Assembly: GCA_040005235.1 (NCBI GenBank)
Contig: JBDTZG010000010.1
Location: 58,292 to 122,291, forward strand
Reading direction: 5' to 3'
From: Acidobacteriota bacterium
GTDB lineage: Bacteria > Acidobacteriota > Thermoanaerobaculia > Multivoradales > UBA5704
Length of the DNA: 64,000 nt
Below the pieces are notes generated by a model. That model did no database searches and was not told the DNA's origin. It was given only the letters and a program-made list of their open reading frames with translations. Shown piece after piece: positions 55,960 to 64,000 of the stretch. The position numbers were made by a program, and so were the translations under genes. Numbering within the stretch: position 1 is the stretch's first letter; every line of letters begins with the position of its first letter.

Positions 55960-58679
55960 CCCTCCTTGAAACGATCCGGACACGCTGGGTTCAAGCTCGC
56001 CCGCGAATCGCATTCGCCCTGCTCATCGCCTTTGCCGCGTCGGCCGCGTCGGCCGCGTCGGCCGAGTCGGGCGGCGAAGCCCAGACTCAAGCCGAGTTGG
56101 TCGCCGACCTTGGACCGCCGCCGGGCCGTCCCGGTTTCTTGGCTCCGCGCTCGCCGATTCGGATCGGCAACCGGATCTTGTTCTTTGCTTCGGACGAGGT
56201 TGCGAGCACCGAGCTTTGGGCGACGGACGGGACGACCGCCGGGACGCTGCGGGTGCGCGACGTGCGGCCCGGCATCGACCCGGGCTCCTTCGGCTACGCC
56301 TTCGGCATGGTTGCTGCCCGGGACCGGGGCTTCTTCCAGACCGCCGATCCGCTGGCCGGGCTCAGGCTTTGGGTCACCGACGGAACGCGCCCAGGGACGA
56401 CGGCGATTTTCTCCGCCGGCTCCTCCGACATCGGCGGGCCCGGCGTTCCGGCGGTGCAGACGGCGGCGATCGGCCGGGATCTCTTCTTCCTGCGCACCAT
56501 CGCCGAAAGCCGGCTGGAAGTCTGGCGCTCCGACGGCACGGAGAACGGCGCGCGGCGTCTGGCGGAGCTGCCAACCACCGCGCCCGGGGTACCGGCCGTC
56601 GTCGTGCAGGCGGCGGGCCGCGTGTACTTCACGTTCCAAGGCATCAACCGGCGGGAGCTCTGGACCAGCGATGGCACGGAACAAGGAACGCTCCCGCTCG
56701 CCGTGTTCGCCAGCTATCCGATGCCCGGCTTTGGGCTCCCGGCTCCGGTCGCGGTCGGAAGCCGACTCTATTTCGTCGATCACGACCCGGACCATGGCTA
56801 CGAGCTCTGGACATCGGATGGCACGATCCCGGGCACGCGGCTCGTACGCGACTTCACCCCCGGCCGCCAGAGCTCATCGTTCTCTTTTCTCGCCGCGGTC
56901 CGCAACGCGGCGTTTTTCGCGATCGGCAGCCGAGAAGGCGCAGCGATCTGGCGAAGCGATGGCACCGAAGCGGGAACCGTGTCGCTCGCGGAGCGCACCG
57001 GCAACGGCATTGAGCCGGTCGCGCCGCTCGGGGGGCAGCTCCTGTTCGCGCAGGACGGCGCCCTCTGGCGCACGCAAGGCGAACACCCTCCTCTGCGGCT
57101 CGCCGAGAGCCTCTTCCCTTGTGGCGGTGCCGCCACGGCGGGAAACCGGGTTTATTTCGCCGCTCGCGACAGCGGCCACGGCTGCGAGCTGTGGCGGACC
57201 GACGGCACCCCCGAAGGAACGGCCCTGGCATTTGACGCCGTACCGGGGGAAAACTCCTCGGAGCCGGAGCCGCACGCCCTCGGCGGCCGCATTCTCCTCT
57301 TCTCCCGCACGCTGGAAGAGATCCGGGTGGTCGAAGGGGATCGGGTTCGGACGCTTCGTCGTCCCCACACCGAGTTTCGGTCCGGCGCACCCGCGTTTCT
57401 GACTCCCCTGGGCACGGGGCTCGCTTTCGGCGCGAACGGCACCGTCCGGCGAGCGCTCTGGCGAACCGACGGCTCGGCGGAAGGAACGGTGAGCATCGAG
57501 TCGGGACCCGGCTGGTTTTTCGATCCGGCCCTTCCCAGCGACTTGACCGCCCTCGGTACCCGGCTCGCCTTCCGCACGCCCGCCGGGATTGAGGTCTGGG
57601 ACGGATTGGAGCACCCGGGAGCCGTTCCGGTCCTGGTGGCGGCGGATGGCTTGGGCCTCGGTTACTCCCTGGACCGGCGGACGCTCTTCCGCCGGGGCAA
57701 CCGGGCCTATTGGCTTGCACTCTCCCCGGGAGCTCAATTTCCGGCGGTCCCCACGATCGACTTGTGGAGCACCGACGGCACGCTCGTGGGGTCCGGTCTC
57801 GTCAAGAGTCTTTTCCCTGCGCCATTTTACGAACCCGGGGGGATCTATGTACTGCCGGATTTCTTCGCCGTGGCAAACGATACCGCCCTCTCCTTTTTCT
57901 TCTACTCCGGGGGCAGCGAGATCTGGACCACCGACGGCACGGCGGAGGGGACGCGCGAGATCTTCGACTTGAGCGCGGCGGACGACGAAGCGGCTCCGAG
58001 GCTCTTCGACGCGGCCGTGCCGTTCGCCGAAGGGCTCCTGTTCATCACCTGGGGACCCCAATCCGGCATTCAGATCTGGCGCACCGACGTCACGCCTCAA
58101 GGCGCTCACGTCATCGAGCAGGCCAGCGTGACCTCGATACCGCAGCGTCTGACCCGCAGCGGAAACCTCGCCTATTTCACCGCCGAGGACGATTCCGGGA
58201 CCGAGCTTTGGGCAACCGATGGAACGCCCTCCGGCGCGCGTAAGGTACTGGACCTCGCACCCGGCCCCATCAGCTCATTTCCGCAGGAGCTGACGCCCGT
58301 AGGCGACCGGCTGTTCTTCACCGCCGACGACGGAATCCACGGCCGCGAGATCTGGTCGAGCGACGGCACGGCCGAGGGGACCTCGATCGTCACCGATGTC
58401 GCACCAGGGCGCGCGACGTCCTTTCCTCAACATCTCGCGGCGATCGGCGGCGGCGACGTTCCCATCCGGCTCGCCTTCGCCGCCGACGACGGCCTTCACG
58501 GACTCGAACCCTGGACCGCCTCGGCAGACGGCACCGCGTCGGCACTCTTCGCCGACGTAGCCCCAGGCGACGCGTCGTCCAGCCCGGCCGAATTCACCTC
58601 GGTCGGTAATCGGTTGTATTTCGCGGCCGGAATTCGAAGAACCGGCCGCGAGCTGTGGAAGGCGACGATCCCGCCCTGA
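55956..58679 (+). CDS. ELWxxDGT-repeat (beta-propeller) surface protein
   Basis: More than 10 ELW(A/T/R)(T/S)DGT repeats; N-terminal signal; ATGA overlap with the sulfotransferase. Confidence 0.92.
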   Translation: MTLLETIRTRWVQARPRIAFALLIAFAASAASAASAESGGEAQTQAELVADLGPPPGRPGFLAPRSPIRIGNRILFFASDEVASTELWATDGTTAGTLRVRDVRPGIDPGSFGYAFGMVAARDRGFFQTADPLAGLRLWVTDGTRPGTTAIFSAGSSDIGGPGVPAVQTAAIGRDLFFLRTIAESRLEVWRSDGTENGARRLAELPTTAPGVPAVVVQAAGRVYFTFQGINRRELWTSDGTEQGTLPLAVFASYPMPGFGLPAPVAVGSRLYFVDHDPDHGYELWTSDGTIPGTRLVRDFTPGRQSSSFSFLAAVRNAAFFAIGSREGAAIWRSDGTEAGTVSLAERTGNGIEPVAPLGGQLLFAQDGALWRTQGEHPPLRLAESLFPCGGAATAGNRVYFAARDSGHGCELWRTDGTPEGTALAFDAVPGENSSEPEPHALGGRILLFSRTLEEIRVVEGDRVRTLRRPHTEFRSGAPAFLTPLGTGLAFGANGTVRRALWRTDGSAEGTVSIESGPGWFFDPALPSDLTALGTRLAFRTPAGIEVWDGLEHPGAVPVLVAADGLGLGYSLDRRTLFRRGNRAYWLALSPGAQFPAVPTIDLWSTDGTLVGSGLVKSLFPAPFYEPGGIYVLPDFFAVANDTALSFFFYSGGSEIWTTDGTAEGTREIFDLSAADDEAAPRLFDAAVPFAEGLLFITWGPQSGIQIWRTDVTPQGAHVIEQASVTSIPQRLTRSGNLAYFTAEDDSGTELWATDGTPSGARKVLDLAPGPISSFPQELTPVGDRLFFTADDGIHGREIWSSDGTAEGTSIVTDVAPGRATSFPQHLAAIGGGDVPIRLAFAADDGLHGLEPWTASADGTASALFADVAPGDASSSPAEFTSVGNRLYFAAGIRRTGRELWKATIPP

Positions 58680-58768
58680 CTCGCTCGCGGCCCGGGCCAA
58701 GCCGATCCGGGCGAGCGCGGACCATCGCCAGGTTTCGGAGCAGCGAGGCGACCCGCTGACACCACCGC

Positions 58769-59431
58769 TCAAACGGGGAAGCGCTTCGCGAGCCAGGCCT
58801 CGACCTCTTCGGGGTGGAATCCGAACGGCCCGGTCTTTCCCTTATAGACGATCACCCGCTTCGCATCGATGACATAGATCCGCTCCGGCCATCCGGCATA
58901 GACGGCATCCCCGGTGTTCTCGATTTCGTCGACCAGAAGCGGAACCGGAAAATGAAAACGGCGGATGAAATCGTTCGCGATCGCCACCCGCTGCGCCGTG
59001 CTCTTCGGCTGGGGATAGCAGACCCCTTCCTTCTCATTGCTCTCCATCTGCCACTCGTCCGTCGGGTGCGCTTCGCGAATATAGACCGCGACGAACGTCG
59101 CCTTGTCTCCATACTGCCGGTACATCTTCACCAGGCGCTCGACCGAGCGCCGGAACGGCGGTCAGGTGTAGCTGCCGAAAATGACCACCAGCGGCCGGTC
59201 GCCCATCCGCTCGCTCAAATGGACCCGCGTCTTGCCGTCGAGCGCCAACAGTGAAACGTCCGGCGCCCGATCCCCCACTGTAAGCGTCCCTTCTTTCCTC
59301 GTGTCGTAACGCAGCATTCCCCAAACGTTGCTAGGGCCGATGGTGACCAGCGCCCAAGTGACGACGCCCGTTACGACAACCCCCAACCCGATCGCGGTCC
59401 AGCGGATGGCTCTCTTGATCGATGGCTTCAT
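58769..59431 (-). CDS. Iodothyronine-deiodinase-like (thioredoxin-fold) selenoprotein; UGA at 59162-59164 read as Sec
   Basis: Two ORF-track fragments join in frame as PLVVIFGSYT-UGA-PPFRRS...VYIREAHPTDEW...YAGWPERIYVI; AAGGAG RBS before ATG 59431. Confidence 0.88.
59134..59151 (-). promoter_or_regulatory. Putative bacterial SECIS hairpin
   Basis: 10 nt after UGA: GGCGCUC-GGUC-GAGCGCC, a perfect 7-bp stem with a G-initiated apical loop. Confidence 0.65.
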
Positions 59432-59627
59432 GGCGTCACTCCTTTTCCTTGAGGCGGAGTTTGCCACGACCTACCCCTCAAGGTGAGTTTCTGGAGCCGC
59501 AGGGGGGGTTCCGCCTACGGCGGTCCCCGACGTCGAGAGCGGCGGTCGAAGAGCATAGTGTTGGCGACCCCAGAGGACGCCGCCCGTCGCTCAGGCCGGT
59601 GCTGCCGATCGTGCCCTGAGCTCCTTC

Positions 59628-60728
59628 TTAGGACTCCTCTTCTCCCGGGCGCTTTCGACGAATTCGCCGGCCGTCGAGCGATTCGTTGGGGGCTTGCGTC
59701 GTCCCCGCGATCTCTCCGGCTTCGAAAAGTAAGCGCGCCTCAACATCGCGCAACGCCAGGTCCGGGCCTGAGTCCGCCTGCCAGCCGAAGGTCTCGCGGA
59801 TGCCGGCGACGGAGCCGAGCGCCGCTTCCGGCCCTTCAAGGAGCAGCCAGCTCTCTGCCGCGCCGCTCGCCGCGCGCACCGCCAATCCGGTCGTCAGCTC
59901 CACCGGGCCGAAGCGAAGAGCGCCGAGAAATTCGTCGAGCGCCCGGCCGGGCTCCGCCCCTTCCAGGCACAGCTCTCCCAGCTCGACGCGTATTCGTGCC
60001 TCCGCGTCCGACTGACTGATCTCCTCGTAGAGATCTGCCGCTCGACCGAGGAGGGCGATCGCCTCGTCCCGCCGTTTCTGACCTTGCCGCAGCCGACCAA
60101 GCGTCCGGCAGAAGTCCGCCGCATCCAATACATCCCCGGTGTGCTCGACCCACTCGGGGGCAAACAACAGCGCGGCTTCGGCGCCGGCGAAATCGCCCAT
60201 TTCGCGGAGTGTCTCGCCGAGCGAGATGTAAGCCGCGGCACGCAGCGAGGCGCGTCGTCCTCGGGAGTCGCGGCCTTCGGGAACGAGGTCGAGAATCGCG
60301 CTCGCGAGCTGGATGAGATCCCGGCGCTCTGCCGGGTCGTAGGGCGACCGAGCGAGGAGCAACTCGGCGAGAGCGAGCTGATGAAACCGGGGCTCGGCGT
60401 AGAGGCGCTCGATCCGCTCCACTTTCGATGTCGGGAGGAGAAGCTCGCCGAGCAGTAGATCCGCCGCGATTCGATCGCGAGTGAAGGTTTGCCTTGCGCC
60501 GCCCACGGTGCGCTCGAGGCGATCGAAAAGTCCGGGGTAGTTTTCGCCCGCGCTCGGCGGTGGCTCTTCGGCCTTCAGATCGCGCACCTCGTTCGGAGCG
60601 ACTCCAACCCTGACTGCCGCCCACAGGGAGCATTTCGAACAGCGCAGAAGGTGGCTCAGCAGGGCCACATCCTGAAGCGAGAGGTCACTGAGGAAGGCGT
60701 GCAGGCGGTCGGTGGACGGATGGATCAA
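59628..60728 (-). CDS. TPR-repeat protein with N-terminal ZAS/zf-HC2-like motif
   Basis: IHPS...HLLRCSKC; TPR-like LGETLREMGDFAGAEAAL and LGRLRQGQKRRDEAIALL; start overlaps the XRE stop. Confidence 0.75.
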   Translation of the reverse strand: MIHPSTDRLHAFLSDLSLQDVALLSHLLRCSKCSLWAAVRVGVAPNEVRDLKAEEPPPSAGENYPGLFDRLERTVGGARQTFTRDRIAADLLLGELLLPTSKVERIERLYAEPRFHQLALAELLLARSPYDPAERRDLIQLASAILDLVPEGRDSRGRRASLRAAAYISLGETLREMGDFAGAEAALLFAPEWVEHTGDVLDAADFCRTLGRLRQGQKRRDEAIALLGRAADLYEEISQSDAEARIRVELGELCLEGAEPGRALDEFLGALRFGPVELTTGLAVRAASGAAESWLLLEGPEAALGSVAGIRETFGWQADSGPDLALRDVEARLLFEAGEIAGTTQAPNESLDGRRIRRKRPGEEES

Positions 60729-61111
60729 CGGGGTCCCTCCCGACGGATTTGAAGGCCGACCGCGAGCGCATCGAGAAATCCGGAGAACACCCGAAACTCT
60801 TCCTCGGTCATGACCTGCCGGATCGGTTGTAGAGGAGAGGGCACCGGCGTCTCTCGCTCGGCCGTCGTGCCCATCAACAGGTCATCGAGCGTCGTACCGA
60901 ACGCCTCGGCCAGCCGGAGCGCCTCCTGGAGAGTCGGGGGCACATGACCGTTCTCGATCCGCGAAATGCGCATCGGGCTCGTCCGTACCCGCTGGGCGAG
61001 CAGGCTCTGGGTCCAACGTCGATCCCTCCGCCGTTGCGCCAAGAGAGAACCGACATGGGCGGCGAAGGGAAGAGGCTGCAATGCGGAGATCCAAAGTTGC
61101 TTGCTGGTCAT
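60725..61111 (-). CDS. XRE-family HTH regulator
   Basis: VGSLLAQRRRDRRWTQSLLAQRVRTSPMRISRIENG...LRLAEAFGTTLDDLL. Confidence 0.88.
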   Translation of the reverse strand: MTSKQLWISALQPLPFAAHVGSLLAQRRRDRRWTQSLLAQRVRTSPMRISRIENGHVPPTLQEALRLAEAFGTTLDDLLMGTTAERETPVPSPLQPIRQVMTEEEFRVFSGFLDALAVGLQIRREGPR

Positions 61112-61226
61112 CAATCACCAGATTCTTCAGATAATCTGTCGATCGTCAAGACTTTTTCTCAATCTTGCACAGATCCGCTAGAAGTTACAGCTCCGCGATA
61201 TCTCCTTTCGGCAAGTCTTTGCGGAT

Positions 61227-61245
61227 CTTCAAGAGTCTCTTGAAG
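61227..61245. promoter_or_regulatory. Perfect palindrome, candidate operator in the divergent XRE/peptide intergenic region
   Basis: CTTCAAGAG-T-CTCTTGAAG. Confidence 0.5.
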
Positions 61246-61436
61246 TTTCGGATTCGGGCGACTAGTTTCCCGCCCAAGAGCCGACATTTCGGCGGGATCG
61301 CGGACGGCCGACTATTCCAAACGCGATAGTCGACTCTCCGGATCGCGCAAGTCTCGTCCAAACTAGGCGCAGGCCTTCGCGGGTCCCTCGACCAGTTCCG
61401 GCCGGCGGCCGAACCCGCGGGCGTTGGAGATCCCCC

Positions 61437-61793
61437 ATGTCGCGTCGAACGACCATTTCGCTCGTCGTCGTCCTCCTCTTCCTCGCGTCCGTCGCTCCTT
61501 CTGCTTACGCCGCTCCGTCCGGCACCCTGGCCGGCGGGGCGGATCTCTTCGCCCGCGCCTGGAGTTTCCTGGAGCGGCTCTGGCCGCAGGGCGTCGACGC
61601 GGCAGAGCCCGAGAGTCGCGCCGGCGTTCGCGCGATCTGGGCCAACAACGGCGCCTGCATCGATCCGGACGGCCGGCCGGCCGGGGCAGGGTGTGCTGCC
61701 CAGGTCCTCTGGTCCGACGGCGGGGGCTGCATCGATCCCAACGGAAAACCCGCCGCGTCCGCCTGCGCCAATCTGCTCGCACCGAATCGTTGA
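61437..61793 (+). CDS. Small secreted peptide with two (W)xxxGxCIDP(D/N)G(R/K)P repeats
   Basis: GGAG RBS; signal peptide MSRRTTISLVVVLLFLASVAPSAYA; WANNGACIDPDGRP and WSDGGGCIDPNGKP. Confidence 0.8.
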   Translation: MSRRTTISLVVVLLFLASVAPSAYAAPSGTLAGGADLFARAWSFLERLWPQGVDAAEPESRAGVRAIWANNGACIDPDGRPAGAGCAAQVLWSDGGGCIDPNGKPAASACANLLAPNR

Positions 61794-61803
61794 AGGCCGA
61801 GGG

Positions 61804-61847
61804 CGCTGCGGGGCAAGGCAGGTTGTCCCGCAGCGGTTCTTCTTTTC
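61804..61847 (+). terminator. Rho-independent terminator after the peptide gene
   Basis: CGCTGCGGGGCAA-GGCAGG-TTGTCCCGCAGCG followed by GTTCTTCTTTTC. Confidence 0.7.
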
Positions 61848-61941
61848 TCCCTTCGGGTCCCCCCTTGCGCGTTCGGTTGCTTGTGAGAGAATCCGGTTGC
61901 ACTTCTACGTACCATCGGTTTCCCCAGGGAGGGCTTGCGGC

Positions 61942-63282
61942 GTGAACGACCATGTGAGCGACGAGCAGGTCCGCCGGCTGACGCTCGGCGAGCTCGATGG
62001 GCTCGAACGGGCCGAGTGGCGAAACCTGGTCCATCACTTCCTCGCCGGCTGTGCGATCTGCAGCGAACGCGCAGAACCCTTGCTACAGGCGATTCTTCAG
62101 CCGGATATCGTGGCGGAAAGCGCTCCCGATCCGGAGATCGATGCTGAGCTGGACAGCGCGTACGACGCGGCGATCGGCCGGGCGCTCGATCGGTTTCGCG
62201 CCCGAGCCAAGCGCCAGTTTCCTTTCGGCGTGCCGCAGAGCGAGATTCCGCTGGACCTCACTGGAACTGGCCGGGTCGAATGGTTGCTCGCCCAGAGCTT
62301 CGCCGCCCGCTACAAGAACCCGAAGGAGATGTGGCGCTTCGCCACCTTCGCCCACCTCGCCGCCCGCTCGCTCGACGAGAGCCAGGCGACGCCCGAACTG
62401 GCGGCCGACCTTCAAGCCCGAACGTGCGCCGAGCTGGCCAACGCCTGCCGGGTCAACGACGATTTCACCGGTGCGGAGAAAGCGTTCGAGGAAGCTCGCA
62501 GGCATTTCGACCGGGGATCGCACGACCCATCGCTCGAAGCGCGGCTCCTCGAGCTTCGCGCCACCTACCTGAACGATCGGAGCTTATTCCCGCAAGCTTG
62601 CGACCTCCTGTTCCGCGTCGAGCAGATTCAGCGCGAGATCGGCGACCCTCACCTCGCCGCGCGTGCCGTGGTGCTCCGAGGGATCTACACGCTCTACGAC
62701 GAAAATCCCAAGGCGGCACGGGAGCTGCTCGCGCGCGGGCTCCGTGGCCTTGACCCGGAGCGAGATCCGGAGCTTTACCATTCCACCCGCCAGAGCTACA
62801 TCTGGGCCCTCGTCGACTGCGGAGAGGCGCTGCGGGCGGCCAACGAACTCTTGTCGAGTGGACTGCGCGAGGCGCTGGCCGACTCTCCGCTCAACCTCGC
62901 CAAGCTGCGCTGGCTCGAGGGCCATATCTATGCAGGCCTCCGACGACGGGAGCTTGCCGAAGGCGCGTTTCAAGCGGCCCGCGAGGCGTTTCACCAACAC
63001 GGGCAGGCCTACAACGCGAGCCTGGTCGGCCTCGATCTCGCGGCGGTCTGGCTCGAACAGGGACGCACCCGCGACGTGATGGACCTGGCCGACGAGATCT
63101 CAGCGATCTTCGCCCAGCTCGGCGTGTCTCGGGAGGTCGAGCTGGCCATCCGGTACGTCTATGTCGCCTGCGAAATGAACCTGGCGACCGCCGGCAAGAT
63201 CCGCTACGTCAAACGCTTTCTCGAACGGGCCGAGCGCGATCCCTACCTTGCGTTCGTCTATCCGGAGCAGGCGGGCCGCTAG
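61942..63282 (+). CDS. TPR-repeat protein with N-terminal ZAS/zf-HC2-like motif (paralog of 2460..3824)
   Basis: GGAGG RBS then GTG 61942; NDHVS...HHFLAGCAIC; shares ELANA.R, LRW..G.I..G and LV.LDLA..(W/Y)L..GR with 2460..3824. Confidence 0.82.
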   Translation: MNDHVSDEQVRRLTLGELDGLERAEWRNLVHHFLAGCAICSERAEPLLQAILQPDIVAESAPDPEIDAELDSAYDAAIGRALDRFRARAKRQFPFGVPQSEIPLDLTGTGRVEWLLAQSFAARYKNPKEMWRFATFAHLAARSLDESQATPELAADLQARTCAELANACRVNDDFTGAEKAFEEARRHFDRGSHDPSLEARLLELRATYLNDRSLFPQACDLLFRVEQIQREIGDPHLAARAVVLRGIYTLYDENPKAARELLARGLRGLDPERDPELYHSTRQSYIWALVDCGEALRAANELLSSGLREALADSPLNLAKLRWLEGHIYAGLRRRELAEGAFQAAREAFHQHGQAYNASLVGLDLAAVWLEQGRTRDVMDLADEISAIFAQLGVSREVELAIRYVYVACEMNLATAGKIRYVKRFLERAERDPYLAFVYPEQAGR

Positions 63283-63304
63283 AGCTCCTACGAGCTCGCT
63301 CTTG

Positions 63305-63703
63305 TCAGCGCGGAGGCAGTGCCAGCTCCTGCAGCAGACGGTACAGCGACTCACGCACCTGCTCGTCGATCGGCGCGTCGGAGGATCGCCGCTCTCGGAG
63401 AATGCGGCGACGCACCTCTTCGATCTGCTCGATGGTGAACCGCGCGCCGGGATCGTTGCGCCGCTGCTCGGCCAGCCGGAAGAATTCCGAAGCCGGAAAA
63501 TCGAGCACGGCCGACAGCACCATGATGTGCCGCACTTTCAACTCGACAGCGCCGTGCAGCAACTTGCTCAGATAGCCGGCCGCGAGCCCCATCTCCCGTT
63601 CCAGTTGTTGGCGGGTCCGCTTGGTCAGCGAGATCACCGCGATGATCGCCTCTCGTACCTCGTCGACACCGTGGTCGAATTCGTCGGTTGATTCACTCGC
63701 CAT
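63305..63703 (-). CDS. XRE-like HTH protein
   Basis: RTRQQLEREMGLAAGYLSKLLHGAVELKVRHIMVLSAVLDFPASEFF; ATG 63703 (the longer ORF-track start runs into the tRNAs). Confidence 0.78.
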   Translation of the reverse strand: MASESTDEFDHGVDEVREAIIAVISLTKRTRQQLEREMGLAAGYLSKLLHGAVELKVRHIMVLSAVLDFPASEFFRLAEQRRNDPGARFTIEQIEEVRRRILRERRSSDAPIDEQVRESLYRLLQELALPPR

Positions 63704-63789
63704 AGGGCATAGTTTAGCGCAATTCCGGCGAAACTCTGAAGGAAGAGCGCTGCGATCGCCGAACTTGATGATGATCGAAGAGGAATATT

Positions 63790-63864
63790 TGGAGGCGACG
63801 ACCGGATTCGAACCGGTGGATAAGGGTTTTGCAGACCCTCGCCTTACCACTTGGCTACGTCGCC
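63790..63864 (-). tRNA. tRNA-Cys(GCA)
   Basis: Reverse complement GGCGACGTAGCCAAGTGGTAAGGCG-AGGGT-CT-GCA-AA-ACCCT...GGTTCGAATCCGGTCGTCGCCTCCA. Confidence 0.95.
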
Positions 63865-63927
63865 TTGGGATCAGGCAGACCGCGTTGCACGGCCTTTGAA
63901 TCCAAAAGGGGCCAACAAGAGGAGATT

Positions 63928-64000
63928 TGGAGCGGGAAACGGGACTTGAACCCGCGACCCCAACCTTGGCAAGGTTGTGCTCTACCACTGAGCTATTCCC
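63928..64000 (-). tRNA. tRNA-Gly(GCC), 5' end cut by the window edge
   Basis: Reverse complement GGGAATAGCTCAGTGGTAGAGCA-CAACC-TT-GCC-AA-GGTTG...GGTTCAAGTCCCGTTTCCCGCTCCA. Confidence 0.95.

Noticed and set aside
55027-59431. Sulfotransferase + deiodinase as a thyroid-hormone-like pathway
   Set aside because: The genes are convergent and separated by an unrelated ELWxxDGT gene; proximity alone is insufficient.
59432-63790. tRNA-Cys-anchored island with direct repeats around the peptide/TPR module
   Set aside because: No convincing repeat of the tRNA-Cys 3' end near 59450-59630, and no integrase.
63704-63988. N-terminal extension of the 227-aa ORF 63305..63988
   Set aside because: It runs through tRNA-Cys and tRNA-Gly; the real start is most likely ATG 63703.

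Overview
High-GC bacterial chromosome segment. The ELWxxDGT protein, the C-terminal 'C..CL..GRY.VE..WK' domain and the Zn-finger/TPR proteins suggest Acidobacteriota, probably Thermoanaerobaculia; this is inferred and was not tested. Bases 1-~8570 look like the right part of an integrated element that interrupts comEC exactly at its metallo-beta-lactamase HxDxDH motif. Its cargo includes an Mrr-type nuclease, a secreted 'DPxG' peptide plus Zn-finger-TPR pair, a GH73-like secreted protein, a 4-gene HATPase / STAS-wHTH / small protein / Cys-rich DUF4417-like operon, and a double-XRE regulator that starts inside the junction. A type II R-M pair follows, then core genes (tRNA-Pro, merR, IHF/HU, der, rnr, tRNA-Leu, smc). 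Further on are an MNIO (DUF692) RiPP cluster with a Tat-exported Cys-rich precursor, a class II photolyase, an RHH / 2TM / ABC-type ATPase / PIN-like cassette, assorted enzymes, a doubly inactivated AlbA_2-HATPase gene, two tandem hydrolase-fold proteins that appear catalytically dead, and a UGA-recoded deiodinase-like selenoprotein with a SECIS-like hairpin. Next to tRNA-Cys and tRNA-Gly is a second DPxG-peptide / Zn-finger-TPR / XRE module. The best candidates for undescribed systems are the recurrent secreted DPxG peptide + ZAS-TPR (+XRE) module and the HATPase-STAS-DUF4417 operon inside the comEC-integrated element. All family calls come from motif recognition by eye; no searches were run.
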